Assembly (NCBI GenBank): GCA_002269645.1
Contig: NIVC01000031.1
Location: 434,001-498,000 of the forward strand
Origin: Macrostomum lignano
Lineage: Eukaryota
Direction of reading: 5' to 3'
DNA length: 64,000 nt
Below are positions 52,651 through 64,000 of the stretch, piece after piece. The first letter of the stretch is position 1; every line of letters starts with the position of its first letter. The notes beneath the pieces are model-generated. The model worked only from the letters and a program-made list of their open reading frames with translations, was not told the DNA's origin and made no database searches. Made by a program: the position numbers and the translations under genes.

Positions 52651-53516
52651 TCCAGTTTGTACACGAATGCAACAAGAAACAAGACAACATGCTGTCATGC
52701 TACTAAATAGTAGTAATTAGTACTTATTAAAAAGGGACGTTTTTTCTATTGTTTTTCTGGGGTGTATGGTTGGTTAATCAATTATTTTTGTTTGCTCTTG
52801 TTTGTCCTGAAACTTTTCCTATCGTAGTGACCAATCGAACCACTTGTTTAGTCATTATAAGCTTCACATTGTTAAATCTAAACATTTGTGTATGAAAATC
52901 TATTTATGAAACTGTGTATTTGAGCTTGCTGTAACTTTATAACTTACCTGCGTCATTTATACTTTATGCATGCTTTTTAATTATTTAAGTAGTGTTGTTT
53001 AATGTGACCCTTTAGTAATTTGTAATTGTCGTTTATTCAAAAGTTTGTAACGATATTAAATTTTATTGTATTAATAGTCTAAGACCCCGGTTTCTTTGTT
53101 CATTTTGCACCAATAGCTTTTAATTATCTAATTAGTACGCTTGTTTGTGCTTGCTCTTTAAGGTTTGAAAAAAACAGCAAATTCTTTTTGTCGTTTTAAT
53201 TATTGATACAACTTACACAAATTTTGTTGTTAAGAAGCAAACTAATACAAATAAAACGTTTTGTTTTAAACTCTAAAAATCTATTTTTGTGGTATTTGGC
53301 TGTTGTGTGTAAAATGAAAAAAAGCAAAATTCATTGTTTTGTTTTTTTTCATTATTTCCGTTTTACAGATAGGTTTCTTGTTTTATGACATCATTAAACT
53401 AGACTTTGACATTCAAAGACTTAGACTTGGACCCCCGATGCCAAATGGCACTGCGATTCTTTAAACCCAGACGAATGACTAGACTTGAGATAGAAATCTT
53501 TAGTTGAATATAACTT

Positions 53517-53775
53517 GGGGTTATAGCCTAGTGGTTAGAGCGTCGGACTCACGTCTGAAAGGTCGGGGGTTCGATTTTCGACCCACTCGAACACAATCAG
53601 TGTCTTTGAGCAAGACACTTAACTCTGCATTGCTTCAGTTCACCCAGCTGTAAAATTGGCGCCAGCATTAGCTTGGCAACCCCCCGTCAGCTTGGACTGA
53701 ACAGCCGTACGCAGCCTTCAAATGCGTCGTGCAATAGCTGCATTAGGACAGGTGTAATAAATTAATAATAATAAT
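53517..53775 (+). mobile_element. tRNA-derived CORE-like SINE (family A), copy 2, full length
   Basis: A box TAGCCTAGTGG, B box GGTTCGATT, the same central domain as copy 1 and an (AAT)n tail. It is followed by a 108-bp tandem duplication of its 3' end plus flank. Confidence 0.85.
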
Positions 53776-54579
53776 GCTATTATCATAACATCAATGTTGT
53801 TTAACTGAACAGCCGTACGCAGCCTTCAAATGCGTCGTGCAATAGCTGCATTAGGACAGGTGTAATAAATTAATAATAATAATGCTATTATCATAACATC
53901 AATGTTGTTTAGCTCGTCCAACGAAATATGTATTTAATATATATTAATACAAAACTTTATTGTTTAAGAAATGTCTCGAAACCAAACCAGTGACTAGTTG
54001 GGAAACACCAGACAAATACATGGACAGGAAGAAATTAACGATGGCTAAACCAAACTCCGCTGACGATAGCGCGAAAACGAACAAACAGAGATACAGATGA
54101 TAGGAATATCAATATGGAAGTTAAAAGCTTGATATGGAAACAAACAAAATAAGTAAATTATTATCTATATGATTAGATATAGCAATATAACATGGTTTAA
54201 TTTTTTATGAATTATCCAGCTAGCAAAACAAACTGGAAAAAGTTACATTCGTTGAAAGGCAGCTTAATAAAAATAATTTTTAATCTGTAGCAGCATCGTT
54301 AATGCACTTACTAATAGTAGCATGTTAGTCTTTAAGTGGTTTTGGAATTCTGCAATAGTGATGAGATCAATTTTGTACACCTGTTTTTTTTAGAAATTGT
54401 TATTTGAAAAGTACATTTATAGCTACAAAATCACGTAGTATATAGTTTTGTTAATCTGTAATGTTATAAAATTTCGGAAGATGTTAGTGAACTTCAAGGT
54501 GCGTTAATGCTCTCTGTATGAGCTAAGATGCTTCCTAGTCCAGATGCCAGTTTATTTAGGTCTCACTGCACCTTAGCTA

Positions 54580-54970
54580 CCATTCTTTCTTTCAGCACAA
54601 AAAATCGTACTAATTGTACATGTCCTGTGTCAGAAACCATTAAAATGGAACGGCTCAGCCCATTGGTTTTATGTATCTTTTTTATTCATGCTTAGCTGAC
54701 AATATTTGTAACACAGATGATAGAAATCGATTCATTAAAATAAACCAACGAGTCGAGCTGTGCCATGCATTTTTATGATTTTTAGGTACATGGAATGTAC
54801 GTAGAATAAAAAATTTAACATATAGAATCCTCATTTTCTAAACAAAAAGCTCCACGAATATCAATAGAGCTATAAAAAATAACATTAGCTAGGTCTGCCT
54901 CCTATCAAAATCAATAAATAAATTTTGTGCTGAAGAAATAAAAACTTCCTATCTCCGTAGTGTATTTTTG
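54580..54970. mobile_element. AT-rich dispersed repeat family (MITE-like); related pieces at ~32555-32650 and ~34600-34880
   Basis: The blocks aaaaatac..cacggagatagga, ataggaggcagaccc and attaaa..gg.acggctc.gc.cattggtttta recur at three loci in both orientations. An internal inverted repeat ttcagcacaaa / tttgtgctgaa is present. Confidence 0.5.
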
Positions 54971-55065
54971 GGAAAAACCTGCCTTCTAAATTTTTCCAAG
55001 AAACAAAGGTTTCCCCCGTAACTATAGGGATCCAATAAAAGTGACGAACTTAAACTATTGTACTA

Positions 55066-55190
55066 CTGCTCCAAGGTAAAAAGTACTATGCGAGGCTAGA
55101 GACAGCACACCTGCCAAATATTTTTAAAAGCCTTTTGCAGACAGTCGCGTCAAAAAATCTTGCCTTTGCATGTACTATACCTTGGAGCAG
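55066..55190. mobile_element. 125-bp MITE with TA TSD (Tc1/mariner-type)
   Basis: 13-bp TIR CTGCTCCAAGGTA / TACCTTGGAGCAG, with TA on both sides. Confidence 0.7.
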
Positions 55191-55340
55191 TATGTGAATT
55201 TTGTGCCCAGGAAGCGGTCAATGGTATTTATGACATATGGCATTCAATAATTTGAACGTACGTCTCCTCATTTTATTGGATCGCCTCTGTTACAGCTGCA
55301 TTTGCTTTCTATTATAGCTAATACTATTCGTAAGTAGTAT

Positions 55341-58300
55341 CTATGGCAAATCTGCTTCGGGCGGCGGTCGCTCTCCTTGGCAGCAGCGTCCGCAGTTGTC
55401 TACAGCGGCATAGTGCATGTACTGGTGGCCACTGCCGCTGCCTTCAGGACCCTCCCGCCACGGTCCAGCTTGTCGGCTGCGAAGCTCCCGAGTTTGCTCC
55501 TCGTCGCTGCTCAAATAGTCGTCGTAGTCTTTGTCATCGACATCTCCGTTGTCTTTGTTAGTTTTGCCTTGATTCGTCGCACATGCATAGCACAGTAACA
55601 CTGACGATGTTGTTGAAGGTGACGCCGAGGTCTGATCCTGGTGCTGATGCTCCTTCCGTTTCTGGCGCGGCTGTTGCAACTTTTTCGGTAACATTCGGCT
55701 GGGAAAGCCGGCCATTGTGCGGCCGCGGCGCAGATTCGAGTTCAGAACGTCGCTAAATGGTAAGCCGTCCAAATCGTCGCCGTAAGGGTCCATGAGGAGA
55801 AACGCGACCTATATTTTAGAGTATTGTTGAGAACGCTTGGTTGACATCAGCTGGTAAGTTGCATATACGGCACAAATTACAAATGTCCTTGCACTATATC
55901 TGACCTTACATGTATAGTAGCTCATGTAATCTGTTTACGGTAGATTTCTACCGAATGCAAGTTCAATCCCGCCCACGGAATTTTATTCCAATGTACATTT
56001 ACTCTTTGGCGTCAGTCTCAACAATATCCTGGACCTGAACGTCCAATCCAATTACACACTTATCGGCATTCACACGAACACAATGATGTACATTCATTCC
56101 AACACACTCGTGTACATTCATTCCAACACACTCGTGTACATTCATTCCAACACACTCGTGTACATTCATTCCAACACACTCGTGGACATTCATTCCAACA
56201 CATTCGTGTACATTCATTCCAACACACTCGTGTACATTCATTCCAACACACTCGTGTACATTCATTCCAACACTCGTGGACATTCATTCCAACACATTCG
56301 TGTACATTCATTCCAACACACTCGTGTATATTGATTCCAACACACTCGTGTACATTGATTCCAACACACTCGTGTACATTGATTCCAAGACACTCGTGGA
56401 CATTCAATTCCAACACACTCGTGTACATTCATTCCAACACTCGTGGACATTCATTCCAACACACTCGTGTACATTCATTCCAACACACTCGTGTATATTG
56501 ATTCCAACACACTCGTGTACATTGATTCCAACACACTCGTGTACATTGATTCCAAGACACTCGTGGACATTCAATTCCAACACACTCGTGTACATTCATT
56601 CCAACACTCGTGGACATTCATTCCAACACACTCGTGTACATTCATTCCAACACACTCGTGTATATTGATTCCAACACACTCGTGGACATTCAATTCCAAC
56701 ACACTCGTGGACATTCATTCCAACACACTCGTGTACATTCATTCCAACACACTCGTGTACATTGATTCCAACACACTCGTGGACATTCAATTCCAACACA
56801 CTGATCATGGACATTCATTCCAACACACTCGTGGACATTCATTCCAACACACTCGTGGACGTTCATTCCAACACACTCGTGGACATTCATTCCAACACAC
56901 TCGTGTACATTCATTCCAACACACTCGTGGACATTCATTCCAACGCACTCGTGTACATTCATTCCAACACTCGTGTACATTCATTTCAACACTCGTGGAC
57001 ATTCATTCCAACACACTCGTGTACATTCATTCCAACACACTCGTGTACATTGATTCCAACACACTCGTGGACATTCAATTCCAACACACTGATCATGGAC
57101 ATTCATTCCAACACACTCATGAGCATTCATTCCAACTCATTGGACTTTCCGACGTAAACTAACATACAAATGGATTGTCTATTCCAACGCAAACCTTAGA
57201 CGTTCATTGTAACATCTTTATTTACCAAGGTCGTATATTATGTACATGTACATTCCAATACCTCCGATGCGGTTAATCCAATACACTCCTATAAACGTCC
57301 ATTACAACACCAAAGGACGCTTGTACATTTAGCAAGCCCACAGAATTAAAAAATTCAAGAATGCAAACCTTGAACCATCCAAGTACAAACAGCAGTTTAA
57401 CCAGCGCAAATATTGGCACATAGAAATCAGTCCAGTACTGCATCGAGTACAACCGAGAGTGCGGCAGTCCGTGATCGGTTTCCGGAACTTCCACGCCCGA
57501 AGCCGACGCTATATCCGATGATGAGTTGGCGAACACTAAACTGGATGTCAAATTGGCCACGTGCGGCTGCATGAGATTCTGGGAGGCGACCACTTCGATG
57601 AAGAACCAGGTGTACACTGCGATTATTACTACCTGTGTAAGTGTTGGGCGATCAGTGAATTATTGAATTAGTGCAATGGCTTAGGCAAGAACTTTAATTG
57701 GAGAGCGGTAGCCCTAAGGTGGCCATGCAGTGTCATATTTGGTGTTTTGGTGGGCAATCCTGTCTCCTGGTCGGCACCCCTGTTTCCTGGTGGGCACCCC
57801 TGTCTCCTGGTGGGCACCCCTGTCTCCTGGTGGGCACCCCTGTCTCCTGGTCATGGGCACCCCTGTCTCCTGGTGGGCACCCCTGTCTCCTGGTGGGCAC
57901 CCCTGTCTCCTGGTGGGCGCCCCTGTCTCTTGGTGAGCGCCCTGGTCTCTTGATGAGTGTCCCTGTCTCTTAATGAGCGCCCCTGTCTGTTGGTTGGCGC
58001 CCCTGTCTCTTGGTGAGCGCCTCTGTCTCCTGGTTGGCGCCCCTGTCTCTTGGTGAGCGCCCCTGTCTCTTGGTTGGCGCCCCTGTCTCTTGGTGGGCGC
58101 CCCTGTCTCCTGGTTGGCGCCCCTACCCATGTCGTGCAAGTATCGCTACCCCCTCACTAACCTGTGTGTAGACAAGCGGCAGGTTCTTATTAGCATATTT
58201 GCTAATCGCTCCCAACAGGCTCATCCAGTCGCACAGAACTCGCACAATGGTCTCGTAGCCTTCGTGGCCGTGAACGAAGCCTTCCCTGGCTGCCTGCCAG

Positions 58301-61300
58301 GCCACGGCGCTGGCCCAGTGAAGCGGCAGCTCATACTCAATCGAATAATGACCTGGCGACTGCCAGGCTCGAGCTTCGAACACGGCAATCTCGCTTGGCG
58401 TTATGATTTCGCCGTAGTTTTCTTGAACAACCGGGTCCTGGTTGAGTAGCACCAGGTCCTGGACTAGCAGCTCAACCTAGATGTAAATGAATGACGGAAA
58501 AATTATGAAGGAATCTTATCCACTATATAAAGTTCAAGTTTACCGTACATGCTGCACTTTATACTCGTAGAAGTTAAATTAATGTACTCAAATTTCTTCA
58601 TTTTGGTTATAAATAGTTTCTACATAAAAAGCAGAAAAATGAATAGGCAGTGAAACCTTTAACCTACCACGACCCTTTTGGTCACTCATTGCTCCCAGCA
58701 AAATCTACTATTTTTTAGACTCCTTTTAATCCTAGACCATGGAGGAAAGAATAGACTATCGCCTATGTACATTGTGTTTCTATATTTAGCATCAAGTGTT
58801 TTTCTCCTATTTATTGGCTTCAACCGGGCGTACATTTTGTTTCTATTTTTAAAACCCAAAAAAATTCTCTAACCCTCTCTATTCAACCACCTCACTCCCA
58901 ATTCACTGTACATTGTTTCTAAAAATAGAAACACCAAAAAGTACAGCGCTCTGCGCCCGCTTCCCCAGCCAAACCTGATTCGCTTTGACTTCGGGTCGCA
59001 CGGACTCCGATTGGATTCGATGCAAAGCCGGATAGGCCCGGCCATTACTGCCAACCCGGGAGTGAAAGGCGTCCTCAGCATTGCCGGAATTCTCCAGATG
59101 GCCAGCGGAGGCGGCTAGCAGTTTAGTGTGATGGTGCTGATCGCGCTCGTTGCGTTGGTCGGTACGTCTGGCCGATGGTATGCTGCCCCAGTCTGTGGAA
59201 GGAACCGCGAAAATTCCCAAGCTCGACCGTTTCTAGGATAGCGAAACTAGATTATTGACATAGAAGCCTTCAATACCGACAGTGCAACTTTAGGACAGAT
59301 AATCCCACTTCAGGACAGATAATCCCACTTTAGGACAGATAATTCCACTTCAGGACAGATAATCCCACTTCAGGACGGATAATTCCACTTCAGGAGATTC
59401 TCCCACTTTAAATCGTACCTCACTATCGGAATCAAATTAAAGCCACGGCCTCTCTAATCACTCACCAACAGTTCGCTTATCTGGGTATCGATTTTTCTCG
59501 CCAATCAGACTTTTCAAAATTCGAAATCTCTGCTTAATTTTCTCGCTAATTTTCCACATGTAGAGCAGCCATGCCAGGTTCATGTAACGGGACAGTGTCA
59601 AGCGGATGCGCTCAGCTTTGTTCGGATCCTGATTGTTAAACACGGCAGACTCGATTCTCAGGGCGGGCGTTGACATCGTTGGAATGTCCTGTAGCATTGT
59701 CGGGTGGGTTCATGGTGATTGCAGGTACAGCTCTAATCGGGAGCAATTAGACACTCAATAATCCTATCTATGATCAATTACACACCCAACAGTCCAATCC
59801 ATGATCAATTAGACACCCAATAATCCAATCCATGATCAATTACACACCCAACAGTCCAATCCATGATCAATTAGACACCCAATAATCCAATCCATGATCA
59901 ATTACACACCCAACAGTCCAATCCATGATCCATTAGACACTCAATAATCCAATCCATGATTCATTAGACACCCAATAATCTAATCCATGATCCATTACAC
60001 ACCCAACAGTCCAATCCATGATCAATTACACACCCAACAGTCCAATCCATGATCAATTAAACACCCAACAGTCCAATCCATGATCAATTAAACACCCAAC
60101 AGTCCAATCCATGATCAATTAAACACCCAACAGTCCAATCCATGATCAATTAAACACCCAACAGTCCAATCCATGATCAATTAAACAGCCAATAATCCAA
60201 TCCATGATGAATTAAACACCCAACAGTCCAATCCATGATCCATTAGACACCCAATAATCCAATCCATGATCCATTAGACACCCAATAATCCAATCCATGA
60301 TCCATTAGACACTCAATAATCCAATCCATGATCAATTACACACCCAACAGTCCAATCCATGATCAATTAGACACCCAACAGTCCAATCCATGATCAATTA
60401 CACACCCAACAGTCCAATCCATGATCAATTACACACCCAACAGTCCAATCCATGATCAATTACACACCCAACAGTCCAATCCATGATCAATTACACACCC
60501 AACAGTCCAATCCATGATCAATTAGACACCCAACAGTCCAATCCATGATCAATTACACACCCAACAGTCCAATCCATGATCAATTAAACACCCAACAGTC
60601 CAATCCATGATCAATTAGACACCCAATAATCCAATCCATGATCCATTAGACACTCAATAATCCAATCCATGATCAATTACACACCCAACAGTCCAATCCA
60701 TGATCAATTACACACCCAACAGTCCAATCCATGATCAATTACACACCCAACAGTCCAATCCATGATCCATTAGACACCCAATAATCCAATCCATGATCAA
60801 TTAGACACCCAATAATCCAATCCATGATCCATTAGACACTCAATAATCCAATCCATGATCAATTAGACACTCAATAATCCAATCCATGATCAATTAGACA
60901 CTCAATAATCCAATCCATGATCAATTAGACACCCAATAATCCAATCCATGATCCATTAGACACTCAACAGTCCAATCCATGATCAATTACACACCCAACA
61001 GTCCAATCCATGATCAATTAGACACCCAACAGTCCAATCCATGATCAATTACACACCCAACAGTCCAATCCATGATCAATTAGACACCCAACAGTCCAAT
61101 CCATGATCCATTAGACACCCAATAATCCAATCCATGATCAATTAGACACCCAATAATCCAATCCATGATCCATTAGACACCCAATAATCCAATCCATGAT
61201 CCATTAGACACCCAATAGTCCAATCCATGATAAATTAAACACCCAACAGTCCAATCCATGATCCATTAGACACCCAATAATCCAATCCATGATCAATTAG

Positions 61301-62478
61301 ACACCCAATAATCCAATCCATGATCAATTAGACACCCAATAATCCAATCCATGATCCATTAGACACTCAATAATCCTATCCATGATCCATTAGACACCCA
61401 ATAATCTAATCCATGATCCATTAGACACTCAATAATCCAATCCATGATCAATTAGACACCCAACAGTCCAATCCATGATCAATTACACACCCAACAGTCC
61501 AATCCATGATCAATTAGACACCCAACAGTCCAATCAATGATCAATTACACACCCAACAGTCCAATCAATGATCAATTACACACCCAACAGTCCAATCCAT
61601 GATCAATTAGACACCCAACAGTCCAATCCATGATCAATTAAACACCCAACAGTCCAATCCATGATCAATTACACACCCAACAGTCCAATCCATGATCAAT
61701 TAGACACCCAACAGTCCAATCCATGATCAATTAAACACCCAACAGTCCAATCCATGATCAATTAAACACCCAACAGTCCAATCCATGATCAATTAGACAC
61801 CCAACAGTCCAATCCATGATCAATTAAACACCCAACAGTCCAATCCATGATCAATTAGACATGCACCCAATAATCCTATCTTAAAATCATTTAGTTACAA
61901 AAACATTCCATGCCTTTAAAGGTACATAAATCCATACTAACCAGGTAGGCCTTCCACCAGCGATCAACCACGGTGCTGACGTAGAAACCAAGCAGAAACG
62001 TAACGGGCACATTAGACTGCCAGACTCCAACTGAATGTACAATCCTTACAAATGTTGCTTGTTGATTCGGGTCGAGCGCGTGTCTGTACAGCACGTTGAC
62101 CACGGTGTACAGACCGATCCACAGCAGGACGTCAGTCCAAACCAGACTGTACACGCTGACCTGCCAGTGCAGCAGGTACCTGATCATCAGACTGTAGTTT
62201 CTCGGCTGCTGTTTGCTGTTAATAAACTCAAACAGTCGAGTACGCAATCGACGAATCTCCCGACGCGACTCTGCTCGAGTTCGGTGTCGATCGGTTGACC
62301 CATCGGCAGCTGCGGCCGATGGCGAACTGTTGCTGCCGCTGCTGCAACTGCCCGCGGAGGAGTGGCTTTGACCGCAGCGGAAGCAGGACGCGAATGCCGC
62401 GAAAGCCGATTGATCAGCTCCTTGCGGCTGACGATTGCTTTCGACTTGTTCCGGTGACACGTTCTGGTATCGGTTCAT
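55341..62478 (-). CDS. Bestrophin-family anion channel (divergent), 6 exons, ~674 aa
   Basis: Exons 62478-61942, 59688-59466, 59192-~58975 (donor uncertain), 58476-58162, 57632-57369 and 55808-55341. Motifs: PVTFLLGFYVSTVVDRWW, RLTLSRYMNL, LPLVYTQVV, FYVPIF..LGWFKVA..DPYGDD. Confidence 0.9.
56075..57135. repeat. 24-bp minisatellite in bestrophin intron 5
   Basis: Unit cattcattccaacacactcgtgta. Confidence 0.95.
57765..58125. repeat. 20-bp minisatellite in bestrophin intron 4
   Basis: Unit ccctgtctcctggtgggcac. Confidence 0.9.
59290..59410. repeat. 20-bp minisatellite in bestrophin intron 2
   Basis: Unit caggacagataatcccactt. Confidence 0.85.
59745..61880. repeat. 31-bp minisatellite in bestrophin intron 1
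   Basis: Unit tccaatccatgatcaattagacacccaacag, about 68 copies. Confidence 0.97.
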
Positions 62479-63334
62479 TTTACTCAACAGAGAGCAACAG
62501 GTACTTTCGCGCTGTTTTGAGACTCAAGCCTTATGAAGAGCTCTAACAGAAAAAAGACTGCACAAAATGCACGCAAAAAGTTAGCAAAACTTCAACTCTT
62601 AAACTATTTAAAGTGAAGAGCTACATTTTGTGTGCCGAGAGAGGGGCGGGCAGGACCGAGAAATACATTGATATATTTTGTTTAACTTGTCATACCCCTG
62701 CAGCTCTGTCTCTGGCTATGCCTAGGCAAGTACGGTGTTGTTTTAGAACATCACGTGACTGCTCGCGCTCAGCGGGGGGGTAGGGTTGAGGGGCTAAGGG
62801 GCTAATTTGGTAGTTCAGCTGTGTGTATGCAAAAGGGGGTGTTTGGACAGACAAGTTTTTCGCTTGAAGAGACTTAAGAGAGAAGAGAGAGGCAGGTTCG
62901 GGTGGCAAATTACTGGGTAAAACCCAATAAAATGCGGCTGTACATTTCCATTGCGTGACCATTCGTTGAAAGGCTGCTATTAATGTCTAAAAAATTTCCG
63001 ATAGAAATGAACTGCCTGATATACTCGCAGATCTTTACCGAATAGCAACAACCTGTTTTCTAGGTCCGAAACGACCTTTGAGTTGTTTTCTAGGACTTGC
63101 AAATACATGTAATGACAAATTAAAGACTGGATATTGGTTTGATTACAAAAATTTGTATTTTCTGTCAATCATTTAATATATTGCCAAGATTCTCGTCGAT
63201 AGTAAAATCAGTATATGAATGAAAAATCAATAAATTTTGCTTAGAGCCATTTGACAACCACTTTGAGCTTGCAATTAGCACCTCCCCCCTTGAGTTGAAG
63301 CCCACGATGATATTCCACCGTACAATGACAGATC

Positions 63335-64000
63335 TGACTCCACAATGACACTCCTGACTCCAAAATGACACTCCTGACTCCACAATGACACTCCTGACTC
63401 CACAATGATACTCCTGACTCCACAATGACACTCCTAACTCCAAAATGACACTCCTGACTCCACAGTGACACTCCTGACTCCACAATGACACTCCTAACTT
63501 CACAATGATACTCCTGACTCCACAATGACACTCTTGACTCCACAATGACACTCCTAACTCCAAAATGACACTGCTGACTCAACAATGACACTCCTGACTC
63601 CAAAATGACACTCCTGACTCCACAATAACACTCCTGACTCCACAGTGACACTCCTGACTCCACAATGACACTCCTAACTCCACAATGACACTCCTAACTC
63701 CACAATGACACTCCTGACTCCACAATGATACTCTTGACTGCACAATGACACTCTTGGCTCCACAATGACACTCCTAACTCCACAATGATACTCCTGACTC
63801 CACAATGACACTCTTGACTCCACAATGACACTCCTAACTCCAAAATGACACTCCTGACTCCACAGTGACACTCCTAACTCCACAATGACACTCCTGACTC
63901 CACAATGATACTCTTGACTGCACAATGACACTCTTGACTCCACAATGACACTCCTAACTCCACAATGATACTCCTGACTCCACAATGACACTCTTGACTC
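63335..64000. repeat. 20-bp minisatellite (runs off window)
   Basis: Unit ctcctgactccacaatgaca. Confidence 0.95.

Noticed and set aside
53517-53590. Functional tRNA gene (also 16035-16105)
   Set aside because: The acceptor and T stems are broken, and the sequence continues into a SINE body found at another locus.
55999-57162. HSNTL and ECVGMNV repeat proteins
   Set aside because: They are minisatellite translations. Bestrophin exon 5 joins exon 6 directly (GWFK|VAFLL) with no need for another exon.

Overview
This is AT-rich eukaryotic (invertebrate) genomic DNA, not prokaryotic. Short GC-rich exons, (GACA)n tracts and minisatellite-filled introns suggest a Macrostomum-like free-living flatworm (inference). 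Six spliced genes can be reconstructed by hand with GT-AG introns and consistent phases. On +: ZNF277-like (165-2825), UDP-glucose pyrophosphorylase UGP2 (3810-6655), DNAJC30-like co-chaperone (~7557-8914) and VKORC1-like (51697-52650). On -: an HR96/NR1J-type nuclear receptor (21388-11565) and a divergent bestrophin (62478-55341). There is also a low-complexity orphan ORF at 36.1-36.6 kb. About 25 different minisatellites are present, and almost every long intron carries its own array. From ~39 to 51 kb lies a visibly CpG-poor, array-poor block of nested and decayed transposons: a TIR element inserted in an older TIR element, a small LTR-like element, MITEs and a MULE transposase relic. Two tRNA-derived SINE families occur, one with a MIR-like CORE domain. 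Most ORFs in the supplied track are artefacts of repeats. Exon, TIR and TSD coordinates were counted by hand; repeat-array boundaries are approximate.
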